Positions 9,592-18,971 of a DNA stretch of 64,000 nucleotides are shown one piece after another. The DNA is taken from positions 14,334 through 78,333 of the forward strand of contig CAZBUJ010000010.1 of the NCBI GenBank assembly GCA_964495075.1. Direction: 5' to 3'. The translations under genes were made by a program, and so were the position numbers. Below the pieces are notes generated by a model. The model did no database searches, was not told the DNA's origin, and worked only from the letters and a program-made list of their open reading frames with translations. Numbering within the stretch: the stretch's first letter is position 1; every line of letters starts with the position of its first letter. Source of the stretch: an uncultured Phycisphaeraceae bacterium. Lineage in GTDB: Bacteria; Planctomycetota; Phycisphaerae; UBA1845.

Positions 9592-10948
9592 GATGCATGA
9601 CTCCTACAGTCTCGCGTTCCGCCACGACGCACCGGGTGACGCGGCGGGCGGCCACGAGTAACAGCAGCGTTACCAGCAGTATGCAGTAGGTTTGATGCGG
9701 CAGGAGCACGGAGTTGGACCACCAGGTCCGCAGCGCGCCGGGCGGCATGAGCCGGAGCAGCGTGGCCACGCCGGGAACCAGGAACACCATCAGCAGAACG
9801 GTCACGCCGCGAGCCGGCCAGCGACACCGCGAGTCATTCCACGCGCCCAGTGCCCAGGCGAGCGGAATCAAAAGCAGAACCGCCGAATAGAAACGGTTGT
9901 AGATCGGCAGCAGGGTGAGCGTGCTGATCAGGGCGAGATCGACCAGTTCCAGTTGCTCGGTTGCCGCCGGCCCGGCCCGACGCCGATGCCATCGCCATGC
10001 CACGACTGCCACCATCACCACGATCAGCCAGGGGAGGTACTTCGTCACCACGCCCCGCCCGAACCAGGTGCTCAGCACCGGCTGCAGATTAATCATGATG
10101 AAACGTTCCGGCCGGTCCGGCGCGAAGGATCCGGTGCCCTCGCTGTGTTGACCGATCTCGTCCTGCTGGAACAGGTCCACGTTTCGGGGCCACGCCTCGC
10201 GCCACTCGACGTTCGCCAACTCGAACCGGTAGACGGCGATCAGCATGACAAGGGCGAAGACCACAGCGCCGCTGATCCCGACGCGCACGCACCGCCGGAC
10301 GCTGATCAGGTACCACAGCGCCAAGACAATGAAAAACGTCGGTCGAAACGTGGCCGCCGCCGCGAATACGGCGCCGGCGGCGTACTGATGTCGCTGCCGC
10401 ATGAGCCATACGCCGCACAGCAACAAGGTCATGGCGGTGAGGGCGTGCTGGCCTTGCGAGATGGTCGTGTGCAACGGCGCCCACGCCACGACGAGCAGAA
10501 CGAACGCCGCGCCCGCCCAACCGGTCGGCACCTGACCAGGGAACAGGCGATACAGCAGCCAGACGATGACTGCCGCCAGCACGACATTGCCGATCAACAC
10601 CAGCACGTTGGCGACCGGATAAGAAAACACCGAAAGCAGGGCGAACCACGGCAGCGAACACGGCGGATTGATCAGCATCTGAACATAACCGTCGGGTGGA
10701 CCGCCGTGCTCACGAAAAGTCCGGACGAGTACGGGCATATCGTAGGGGTCTTCCCCCGCCCACCAGGCTGCCCCCGCGGCGTAGAACACCGGGAGGTCGG
10801 GACAGACACGAACCAGACACCGCCGCGGGCCGCGGTAGCCGAAGTACGCCAGCGCCAGGGCGAACAGGAGGACGTAGACGCCGATCAACACTCGTCGGCG
10901 AGACGTGCCCGGACCGGTCGGTACTGTCGGTTCTACGCCCGGGTCCAT
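9563..10948 (-). CDS. Polytopic membrane protein, DUF2029/GT87-like candidate glycosyltransferase
   Basis: About 11 or more TM helices with an early periplasmic loop (GEDPYDMPVL...INPPCSLPWF) reminiscent of GT87/DUF2029. The maximal ORF reaches 11113. The ATG at 10948 (MDPGVEPTV) is a more plausible start. Confidence 0.5.
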   Translation of the reverse strand: MDPGVEPTVPTGPGTSRRRVLIGVYVLLFALALAYFGYRGPRRCLVRVCPDLPVFYAAGAAWWAGEDPYDMPVLVRTFREHGGPPDGYVQMLINPPCSLPWFALLSVFSYPVANVLVLIGNVVLAAVIVWLLYRLFPGQVPTGWAGAAFVLLVVAWAPLHTTISQGQHALTAMTLLLCGVWLMRQRHQYAAGAVFAAAATFRPTFFIVLALWYLISVRRCVRVGISGAVVFALVMLIAVYRFELANVEWREAWPRNVDLFQQDEIGQHSEGTGSFAPDRPERFIMINLQPVLSTWFGRGVVTKYLPWLIVVMVAVVAWRWHRRRAGPAATEQLELVDLALISTLTLLPIYNRFYSAVLLLIPLAWALGAWNDSRCRWPARGVTVLLMVFLVPGVATLLRLMPPGALRTWWSNSVLLPHQTYCILLVTLLLLVAARRVTRCVVAERETVGVMHRASSPEPGL

Positions 10949-11447
10949 GGCGACACTGCGTTCGTCGAAGAGCGGCCGCCGGTCGCGAACCGCGGCGTGG
11001 CCAGGCTTCTCCGGCCGGTCGCATGACGGGGCGAGGAACGATGCGTCACGCCGCTCTCCTGCAAGAAAGGTGAAACTCGGAGACCGCGGGGCCCGTCGCG
11101 GGACAAACCCCACCGCGGCAGTCTAGTCAATGCCACCCCCGCCCGCAAATCAGCCCACGAGAAAACCGTGCCACTGCACGGCGGTGACGGTCCGCCCCAT
11201 CGACCGCCTCCCGGAACATGGAGCCCATTCGGCGGCCGCGCTCTACTGCTCGTCTGCTGCTCTACTGTCTCGGCCGAAGGTCGAAGCGCGAGGCGGGTCT
11301 CACGCGCCGCCTGCTCGAACGCCGCCAGGCGATCCACCCCGTGCATCGAATACGGGCCGAACGCATGCGCGGTCATCACACGCATACGATCATCCGGCCG
11401 TTGTACCGTTTCGTGGTCTCCAGCGGGGGGCAAGGTCCGCCCATTCT

Positions 11448-11984
11448 CTAGGCGAAAGGCCAAGGGAACGTCGAGCTACTCATTGGCGGGGCCGGCTGAT
11501 CGCTGTTGGCGATCAAGCGGGCGATCTTCCAGGTGCCGTCCGGCTGTCGCTTGACAATGAACAAGGATATGCCGCTGTCTTCGAGCGGTTCGCCGCCGGC
11601 CTTGGGCGTGGCTGTCAACGTGTAGGTGCTGCGGTAGAACGCCCAGTCGCCGGCCACTTCGACCTCGAGCAGCTCGCCCTCGCCCTTGATGGTGTACTCG
11701 TCGAACACGGATTGATACAGGGCGTTGATCTCGTCTTTGCCGATCACCGCGGGGCGGTTCTGCGGCATCAATACCGGGTCATCCGTCCAGAGGGCGGTCA
11801 GCGCGGCGGCATCGCCGGCCAGCCACGCATCGTGCCATACCTCGGTCAGCCGCGTGATCGCCCTCACGTCTTCCGCGTGGTCGCTCGGTCCGGCGTCCGG
11901 CACCGGCCGGGGTTGGGCGAAGCGACAGGACGCCCCCAAAAGCAGCAGGGCCATCAACCCCGCTATGGATGTGTACACTTCCAT
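11448..11984 (-). CDS. SnoaL-like / DUF4440 (NTF2-fold) lipoprotein
   Basis: 178 aa. Lipobox-like LLLGASC. ITRLTEVWHDAWLAGDAAALTALWTDDPVLMPQN...GTWKIARLIANSD is typical of DUF4440/YybH-type proteins. Confidence 0.65.
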   Translation of the reverse strand: MEVYTSIAGLMALLLLGASCRFAQPRPVPDAGPSDHAEDVRAITRLTEVWHDAWLAGDAAALTALWTDDPVLMPQNRPAVIGKDEINALYQSVFDEYTIKGEGELLEVEVAGDWAFYRSTYTLTATPKAGGEPLEDSGISLFIVKRQPDGTWKIARLIANSDQPAPPMSSSTFPWPFA

Positions 11985-12164
11985 TGGACGTGCCTCCCCA
12001 GCGGATTATCGCCGGATCGCCGATGCTCGCAAGATCACCGCCATCCACCGCGGTTGACGGCCCGCGTACGTCCCGCTCCCCGTGTCCTCCGTTTCGCCGA
12101 CGGGAACGGGCGTGTGTAGCAAGCGTGCACGGCACGGGGGCCGCTCGCGCCTTGAGCGGCCTGT

Positions 12165-12584
12165 TTGTGGTATCGTATCTGCATGCGACGGGCCCGAACA
12201 CGGCGGATTCTGAAGTGGGTGGGGCTGGCTGCGAGCGTGCCGCTCCTCGCGGCCTGGACAGTCCTTCCGAGCAGCACGTTCACCTTGTTCGGCTCGCCGG
12301 CGATCCGCCTGGAACGGGGCTTGGCCATGCCACACCGGGTGTTCACCATTGTGCACATCGACGGGCCCGAGTACCGTCTCGGCTGCATCAACCTCCCGAA
12401 GTTTATGCACGTCGCCGTGCCGTTCTGGCTCGCGTTCGTACCGGTCGCCGTCCCGACCGCCATCCTCTGGTACCGCGATCGCCGGCCACCAAAGGGGCAT
12501 TGTCAGAACTGCGGATACGATCTAACCGGCAACGTGTCGGGCGTGTGTGCGGAGTGCGGGGAGGCACTCTCGCGGCGTGCGTAG
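12165..12584 (+). CDS. Small membrane protein with C-terminal zinc ribbon (CxxCGYDLxG...CxxCG)
   Basis: 139 aa with two TM segments. The C-terminus GHCQNCGYDLTGNVSGVCAECG is, as I recall, a motif common in planctomycetal hypothetical proteins. Confidence 0.5.
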   Translation: MWYRICMRRARTRRILKWVGLAASVPLLAAWTVLPSSTFTLFGSPAIRLERGLAMPHRVFTIVHIDGPEYRLGCINLPKFMHVAVPFWLAFVPVAVPTAILWYRDRRPPKGHCQNCGYDLTGNVSGVCAECGEALSRRA

Positions 12585-13420
12585 AGGCGATTGGACCAGT
12601 TGCGCACGCGCTCACAGGAAAGAACTGAACAAGGCTTGCGCTGGACGGCGTTCTGCTGGTCCTGATTGCCGGGTGCGCCGGTTCGCAGAGGGTGGCATGC
12701 GACGTCAAGGAGTTGTCGCAAGACGACATCCAGGCTCTGGGAGACACCCTCGGCCTTTCCCTTTCAGACGGTAATGCGCCGGACGCGTGGGAGTCAGGTG
12801 GCTTGGAGTTCATTCGCGGAGGGCAATGGTGTCGGGCGGCGTACTTCTCGACGGGCGGTTGTTTGGGCTCTGCTCGCGTGGGTTTCTTCGAGGAAGCAGG
12901 ACTCCTCAGGGAAACGCGGCACACGGGGCCGGACGCGGACGACGAAGCCAAAGCGGCCGAAGCCCTCACCGCCGAATGGTGGGAGGCCTGAACGCAGGAG
13001 AGCTCGGACCGGGTGGAGGCCGAACTCGACGACTGAAAACTCCCCTGCGACGAGCCCTACCAGCCACCGGTATCCGTTCGGCAACGGAGCCTCGATATCG
13101 TCGGCACCTGGCGTACCCATGGCGGTCTCGAGGGGAGCAGCCTCACGATCGAGCGGGCCGACGACGTGGGGTACGTCGTATCGTTTTCCGCCTACGGCTG
13201 TCTCGACCACTGGCGTTTGGAGCGGTACGGCGATTATCAGGACTGCATGCTGGTCTGTGCAGGCAATTCCGGGCATGCGTTCTATCTGGGTTCCACGCTG
13301 ACCCTGCGGACGTGGAACATCGAGACCGGCCGGCGCCGAGTGAGAAGCGGGGCCGCAACCCCCCCCCAGTCTTTGCTCTCTACTTTTTACTTTCGCCCTT
13401 CTCGGCCGAAGGCCGCGGCG

Positions 13421-15868
13421 TCAATCGAACAGGCCGTGCAGGAACCAGCCGCCGTGGTGGTCGCGGTAGAGCCAGAACCGCTGGCCTGATGCCGTCGTCA
13501 CCCGGAAGTAGTCGCGCTGAATGTGCTCGCCACGCCACCAGCCGGTTTCGATCCGTTCCGGGCCGATCGACTCCACCACGTCATGCGACCGCCCTTGCCA
13601 GGTGAATCGGGCCGGCGGCCCGGCCGGCAGCAGGGCCACCACGGACACCTCCATCGCCCGACGCCACAACCGCACCGGACGCCCCCGCACCGCCGACTCC
13701 CCCCTCCCCACCGCACCCGCGCCGGTACCCGTTCTTTCCACTGCGCCCGCACTCGAGACCTTCCGCCCGGCCACCTCATTTTCACGGGGCACGCTCGCGG
13801 CGACGCCATCCTCGCGGGACCTCGATAAACGGGATGCACTGGCGCGCCTTTTCGACGCACGGTCCCTCGGCGTAGGGGACTCGATCGCATTATCCACCAT
13901 GGCGCCATCTGGCATCGCGCCTTCCCGCGCTGTGGAGGACGCCGTCGCGCGACCCGTCACTGCACCATCTGGCGTCGCGTCGCTCCGCGCCGGGCGGGAC
14001 GCCGACCTGCGTGCCCTCGCCGAACGAGATCCTGTCGTTGGGGATCCCGTCGTTTGATTCATGACCGGGCTGTATCGAAACGCCGCTTCGGGCTGATGTT
14101 CGCTCACCAACTCCGGGGAGACCACCCCATCAGGACCCAGCCGCACCGACAATCGATCCACCAGTTCCGCCAGGCCTTCCGCGTCCCGCTGGCCCGTTTC
14201 GAAGAACTCGTCCTGCCAGTCCGCCAGCGACTCGGTTTGCCGGGTCCACACCTGAACCGTGTGCACCGGCGAGGGAACACGCCGTTGCTCGAACCGTGCG
14301 ACGGCCAGCGATCGCAGCCGCTTGACGGACCGCGTGGCCCGCGACATGTTGACCTCGAACGTGTAGGGCCCGCCCTCATCGCAATAGAGCGTCACGCAGA
14401 CCCGCCGCACACCCACCCCGCGAACTCCCAACTGCTCGCAGAACTCCGCGAACAGCCGGTCCAGCGCCTCCCCGACAATGTCCCGCCGTTCCGTGGAAAC
14501 CACGAACCGCAACCGACTTGTCACCGGGGGCGGTGGGCGAAACGGAGTCAGTAACTCGATCGCCTCACCCAGGACCTGGTCCAGCCGCAACAGCAATCCG
14601 TCGCCGAACCGCCGGGCCAGCGACGACCGCGGCAGGTGCAGTAACGCCTCCACTGTTTCCACCCCGACCGCGGCCAGCGACTCGACCGTCGCCCGATCCA
14701 CTCGCAACGACCACACCGGCAACGGGGCTAGCGCCGCCGCCGTTTGTCCCGGCTCGACCACCAGGGCGGCGTTCGGATGCGCGTGGGCGAGGGCCCAGGC
14801 CGCACCGGGCGTGTCGGCCACCGCCGCTCGCACCGAAAACCCCCGCCTCGCAACGCCCCGGTCCGAAACGTCCTGCTTCAAACGCCCCCGCACCGGAGGC
14901 TCCTGCCTCGATACGCCCTGCCCCAAAACGTTCTGCTCCGACACTCTCCGTTCCGTGTCACACTGCCCCCTCATGCCACCCTTCGCGTCCGGCCCGCCCG
15001 CACCGCCTTTCGCAATAGGACGGCCTGTCTCGCCGGGCCGACTCGCACCGGTCGCACCCGCCCCCGAAGGCGGCGCGCTGCAAGCGGCGCCGAAATCGGA
15101 GAAGGAAGCACCGCAGGCTTCCAGCCTGCCCTCGGTTGGATCGCCGCCAGGCGATCCACTTCGGTCGTCGACGTTCCGGCGTGTGCCCGCGCGGCGCTCG
15201 CTCGAATACGACGAACCGTTGTTCGGACCCGGCTTGCCACCACCATGCAGGTTGGAAGCCTGGGCTACTACCGTCCCCCCCGTCCGCCCACTTCTCCGCC
15301 GATCCGCCCAGTCACCATCGTCGTACGGCCGGGCTCCCCTGCTCTCGGCCGAAGGCCGCATTCTCCGCAGCCCTTCGATCGCCCGGGCGAGCAGGTTTGC
15401 CTCTCCCTGGAACAGCCGTTCGCAGCCGGTCACGTCCAGCAACAACGAGCGGTCGTCCGCGATGTGCACGATCGGAGAAAGGCAACCGGCCCATTCCGCC
15501 AGTGCTTCGAGCGCGCGACGATCCGCGTCCGCGTCATAATGTTGCGACTCGATCCCCGGAACCAGCGCGCGGGCTTCGGTCAGCGTCACGCCCCGCCGCA
15601 CCCCCAGACGAGCCGCCGCCCGATTCGCCTGAACCACCACCATCGTGCCACGCTGCTCCGTGACCACCACGACCGGCCGAGGCCCCGATTCCGGTTCTTC
15701 AGATTGCGACGCTTCCTTTCGTGATGTGTGCGATCCCGATTCGACACGCCCCGATCTGTTACGCCCCGATGCTCCCGATCCTGGCCCGCTAAGCCCCGAC
15801 CTGTCGCTCTCCAACGCCAGACGCTCGATCGACAACCATGGAATGTAGAGGCACAAAAACCGCCTCAT
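13421..15868 (-). CDS. imuB: ImuB, Y-family-polymerase-like accessory protein of the imuA-imuB-dnaE2 mutasome, with long low-complexity inserts
   Basis: The N-terminus MRRFLCLYIPWLSIERL and the C-terminus RFWLYRDHHGGWFLHGLFD match my recollection of ImuB termini. It lies directly downstream of an ImuA-like gene. At 815 aa it is much longer than the roughly 500 aa I recall as usual. Confidence 0.75.
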   Translation of the reverse strand: MRRFLCLYIPWLSIERLALESDRSGLSGPGSGASGRNRSGRVESGSHTSRKEASQSEEPESGPRPVVVVTEQRGTMVVVQANRAAARLGVRRGVTLTEARALVPGIESQHYDADADRRALEALAEWAGCLSPIVHIADDRSLLLDVTGCERLFQGEANLLARAIEGLRRMRPSAESRGARPYDDGDWADRRRSGRTGGTVVAQASNLHGGGKPGPNNGSSYSSERRAGTRRNVDDRSGSPGGDPTEGRLEACGASFSDFGAACSAPPSGAGATGASRPGETGRPIAKGGAGGPDAKGGMRGQCDTERRVSEQNVLGQGVSRQEPPVRGRLKQDVSDRGVARRGFSVRAAVADTPGAAWALAHAHPNAALVVEPGQTAAALAPLPVWSLRVDRATVESLAAVGVETVEALLHLPRSSLARRFGDGLLLRLDQVLGEAIELLTPFRPPPPVTSRLRFVVSTERRDIVGEALDRLFAEFCEQLGVRGVGVRRVCVTLYCDEGGPYTFEVNMSRATRSVKRLRSLAVARFEQRRVPSPVHTVQVWTRQTESLADWQDEFFETGQRDAEGLAELVDRLSVRLGPDGVVSPELVSEHQPEAAFRYSPVMNQTTGSPTTGSRSARARRSASRPARSDATPDGAVTGRATASSTAREGAMPDGAMVDNAIESPTPRDRASKRRASASRLSRSREDGVAASVPRENEVAGRKVSSAGAVERTGTGAGAVGRGESAVRGRPVRLWRRAMEVSVVALLPAGPPARFTWQGRSHDVVESIGPERIETGWWRGEHIQRDYFRVTTASGQRFWLYRDHHGGWFLHGLFD

Positions 15869-17075
15869 CGTCCAACCCCACCAAGAAGGGCCCCGCCGGC
15901 ATCCCTTCGCGAACTTTCAATAAACTCACCCGCACCGACCGAATCCCACGGGCCCCGACGGTCAGCCTCGGATTCGCATCCGGCTCGACTGGTACCGCCT
16001 CGATTGGGACCGGCTCCAACCCGATCCGCACCGCGGCAAAACTCCGCGGAACACTCCGCGAAAAACGCTCCCAGGCCTCAAAAGGCTCCCGTGCCCTTGA
16101 ACACCCCCGGATTCCTGAATGTTCCCCAACCCCAGGGTCACCGCACGCCTGCGAAGACCACGGGGAAGCTTGCCGCGGTTCTTTCCGCCCGTTCCGCGAC
16201 GCGTTCCCCGGTGCATGTCTCTGTGAGTTCCCCGGAGATTGCCGCGGCGCGATCCGGGGCGAGTGCCACTGGGCATTCGACTGGGCATTCCCCCCGGCAT
16301 TCCATTGTGGCCACCCCCACCGGGACCGGAGGATCACACCCAGGTTGCCCGCGCTCTCCGCCGCCAACTGCAACCGACGGGACTGACCGACCTCCAATCG
16401 GTCCAACCGGGCGATCACCGCCGCCACGGCCGGACACCGCAGACACTGATCCGCCGCCCAGACCGCATCCTTCAGGCAGCGCGGCCGGACCACGACGAGC
16501 TGATCCACCCGCAACCCCAACCGCTCGACCGCGGGGGGATAGAAATCGCCCGTCCCAAGACCCCCTGCTCCCCCCAAAAAAACCGGCCCGTCGACCAGCA
16601 CCACCGGACGTTCCGCCGCGGCCGCCCGACCGGCCAACCGCAGGGCAAACGACGTTGCCCCGACCCCCACCGCGCCCTCCAGAATCTCCGTCACCGCCCC
16701 CTTCGGCACCCCGCCAAAGGGCAACGCCGCATCCAACGCCTCCAACCCCGTGGCGACCACGGCGCGCCGATCCCCACGCCGCAGCCATAGAAAGCCAGAG
16801 CCAGCCTCGCCGTCACCCGACCGGTCCTCATCACCGCCGGGCCAACCGTCGGGGGACCCACCGTCGCGGGACCGGCCGTCGCGGGACCGGCCATCGTCGG
16901 ACCAGCCGCCACCCGCTCGCCCGCCACCGGGCCAATGGCTGTTAGGGCGGCAGCCGCCTTGCTGATAGTCGCGCAGCATCCACCGCAGCCGTTCCACCAC
17001 CTCGGCGGGGCCTCCCACGCGCATACCTTCCCCGTTGGCCCGGACTCCCGGCATTCCACGTCCTCCACGACTCAA
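15789..17075 (-). CDS. imuA: ImuA (RecA/SulA-like) SOS mutagenesis protein, extended
   Basis: Core ALPFGGVPKGAVTEILEG...FYPPAVERLGLRVDQLVVVRP...DAVWAADQCLRCPAVAAVIA...SRRLQLAAESAGNLGVILR matches the ImuA pattern. The start is uncertain: TTG at 17075, with internal ATGs downstream. It overlaps the imuB maximal ORF by 80 nt. Confidence 0.7.
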   Translation of the reverse strand: MSRGGRGMPGVRANGEGMRVGGPAEVVERLRWMLRDYQQGGCRPNSHWPGGGRAGGGWSDDGRSRDGRSRDGGSPDGWPGGDEDRSGDGEAGSGFLWLRRGDRRAVVATGLEALDAALPFGGVPKGAVTEILEGAVGVGATSFALRLAGRAAAAERPVVLVDGPVFLGGAGGLGTGDFYPPAVERLGLRVDQLVVVRPRCLKDAVWAADQCLRCPAVAAVIARLDRLEVGQSRRLQLAAESAGNLGVILRSRWGWPQWNAGGNAQSNAQWHSPRIAPRQSPGNSQRHAPGNASRNGRKEPRQASPWSSQACGDPGVGEHSGIRGCSRAREPFEAWERFSRSVPRSFAAVRIGLEPVPIEAVPVEPDANPRLTVGARGIRSVRVSLLKVREGMPAGPFLVGLDDEAVFVPLHSMVVDRASGVGERQVGA

Positions 17076-17087
17076 TTCAGTTCACAG

Positions 17088-17120
17088 ACCAAACATATAC
17101 CAAACATTGAGCGGTGTCAA
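17088..17120 (-). promoter_or_regulatory. Candidate sigma-70-type promoter of imuA overlapped by a 9-bp direct repeat (possible SOS/LexA-type operator)
   Basis: The gene strand reads TTGACA (17120-17115), a 17-nt spacer, then TATGTT (17097-17092). ATGTTTGGT occurs twice with an 11-bp period (plus strand ACCAAACAT at 17088-17096 and 17099-17107), covering the spacer and the -10 element. Confidence 0.4.
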
Positions 17121-17711
17121 GCGAGGTGAGCACTATTCCAGAGTTTATTGCAAGTACCTGTAAAAAATATAGTTAATACTGCACAATCGCCAGAGAAGTT
17201 GACGGGCTTTCCCGCCGGAAGGAGAACCACTGATTCAGCGATGATCAAACCAGTGCGAGTGGGGACTCGTGGCTCATCCGAGTCCGCCACCGCGGCCGGC
17301 CATGAGACACCCCGCCTCGCGATAACCACCGCCACAGCCACACACAGATCGGCAGGCGGACGTCCTCCGGCGCATTCAGCCACCCCGCGTCGGCCCGGCT
17401 CCCGCAATACCTGGTCAAGGCAGCCCCGATTCTCGGCGCGCGAACACAGGAGCAGAGCAACGGTGCACTGCCCCTGTGTTCATCGCACCCCACTCACCCA
17501 ACCGTCGCGACCGTTCGGGCCCGTGGCGGACCCGTGCTCTCACATACGAATGTCATGGCGGCCACCGCAGTGGACGGTCGATCGTCCATTGACCGGACGG
17601 TAGCCGCCCTACTAGCCCCAGCCAAGGCGGAAGCCCGCGGGTGTCCGGAACCCCAGCACCCACCGGGTCGAGCCTGCGATTCCGGTGGGTGGTGGCGGTT
17701 GGCCCGGCCCG

Positions 17712-18971
17712 TCACGGACCGGCCGACAGCGGGCCGGTCACCGATTCGGCCAAGCCGCGTCGCGAGCCCGCTCGAGCGGGCCGCGTCTCGACGGCCGGCG
17801 TGTAGCCGTCGGATAGGGTCTTCATGAACGCCACGATCGCGGCTTCCTCGTCCGGTGTCAGACCGAGGTCACCCAGTTCTTCCGTGTTGACGTTCTCCGC
17901 GACCTCCGGTGGCGGCCACTCGGCGACGTCACGCGTGTTGTAGAAGTGGACGATCTCCTCAAGCGTTTTGAAGAAGCCATTGTGCGCGTACGCCTTGGCG
18001 AAATCCGGGGAGGGCCGCCGATCCACGTTGCGGAGCGTCGGCACTTTGTGTTTGCCGAGTTGGGGTTCGACTACCTCAAACCCGAAGCCGGCCCGCATCA
18101 GGAACCCGCCCAGCCCGTGGTCGATCCAGGCCTCGCCGGCCGGGTTCCACCGGCGGGGCATCGCGTAGAACGGATTCTCGAGGTTCTTCGGTACCCCGAG
18201 GTTGTCGTAGGTGAAGTCGGTGAAGAGCGGCGGTTCGCCGTTCGGGCCCGGTGTACTCGGGTGGCACGCCGCGCAGTTGCCCTTGCCGGGATCGTTGAAC
18301 AGACTGAGCCCCCAGGCCTCCGGCTCGGTGAGTTCGGCCATGCCGGCCAGGTAATAATCGTACTTGGAGGAGAAGGGATTGACTTCCGGCGACCTTTCAT
18401 AGGCCGCGATGGCGCGGGCGATCCGCTCGTAGGTGCCCTCGACATCGTCAACGAAGTCGAGCGAGCCCGGTCCCCACACCTCTTCGAAGAAGTCGGCGTA
18501 GTCTGAATTCGCGACCTTGATGCATACCTGCATGGGGTGTGGGTTGTTCTGCTCGAGCGGATTCACAAACGGCCCCTGGGCCTGCTCGGCGAGCGGGTCG
18601 CCCAGCACCCACCCGGTCGCCCGGCCGTCCCAGAAAACACCGCCCACCCAGGTCTCCTCGTCCTCGTCGTAATACAGTACGGGGCTGTCGCCGGCGTACG
18701 ACGCGGCGGGCGGTTTGCGGTTGCCAAACCGTTCGTGCACCGCCCCGGGATACACGGCGCCGTGCGCGTTGAGTTCCGAGATCGGACCGGTGAAACCGAC
18801 TTCGGGACCGTGGCACGCGGCGCAGGATTGTCCCGGCGGCGTGGAGAGGTTCTCGTCAAAGAAAAGCAGCTTACCCAATTCTTCCAGCGGCGTAAGTTCC
18901 TGCGCCAGCGCGGGAATCGCGCCGATACTCAAACCGACCAGTAAACAAACTGTCATCCTGCTGTTCAACAT
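17712..18971 (-). CDS. Di-haem cytochrome c peroxidase (CCP/MauG family)
   Basis: Two CxxCH motifs (CAACHGP, CAACHPS), ELGKLLFFDENLS, and a signal peptide. The ATG at 18971 is preceded by GGAGG. The maximal ORF extends to 19100. Confidence 0.85.
   Translation of the reverse strand: MLNSRMTVCLLVGLSIGAIPALAQELTPLEELGKLLFFDENLSTPPGQSCAACHGPEVGFTGPISELNAHGAVYPGAVHERFGNRKPPAASYAGDSPVLYYDEDEETWVGGVFWDGRATGWVLGDPLAEQAQGPFVNPLEQNNPHPMQVCIKVANSDYADFFEEVWGPGSLDFVDDVEGTYERIARAIAAYERSPEVNPFSSKYDYYLAGMAELTEPEAWGLSLFNDPGKGNCAACHPSTPGPNGEPPLFTDFTYDNLGVPKNLENPFYAMPRRWNPAGEAWIDHGLGGFLMRAGFGFEVVEPQLGKHKVPTLRNVDRRPSPDFAKAYAHNGFFKTLEEIVHFYNTRDVAEWPPPEVAENVNTEELGDLGLTPDEEAAIVAFMKTLSDGYTPAVETRPARAGSRRGLAESVTGPLSAGP

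Noticed and set aside
12585-13420. dnaE2 expected downstream of imuB
   Set aside because: There is no polymerase-like ORF on the minus strand below 13421. Only short plus-strand ORFs of uncertain status are present.
17130-17185. E. coli-type LexA box (CTGT-N8-ACAG) in the AT-rich patch upstream of imuA
   Set aside because: CTGTAAAAAATATAG lacks the ACAG half-site. The direct repeat overlapping the promoter at 17088-17107 is a better operator candidate.
17200-17711. Possible RNase P RNA, tmRNA or a riboswitch in the ORF-free GC-rich stretch
   Set aside because: On neither strand could I find the conserved signatures I know: the RNase P GAGGAAAGUCC-type core, a tmRNA tRNA-like end plus tag ORF, or a B12 box. 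I left it as an unexplained gap rather than a feature.
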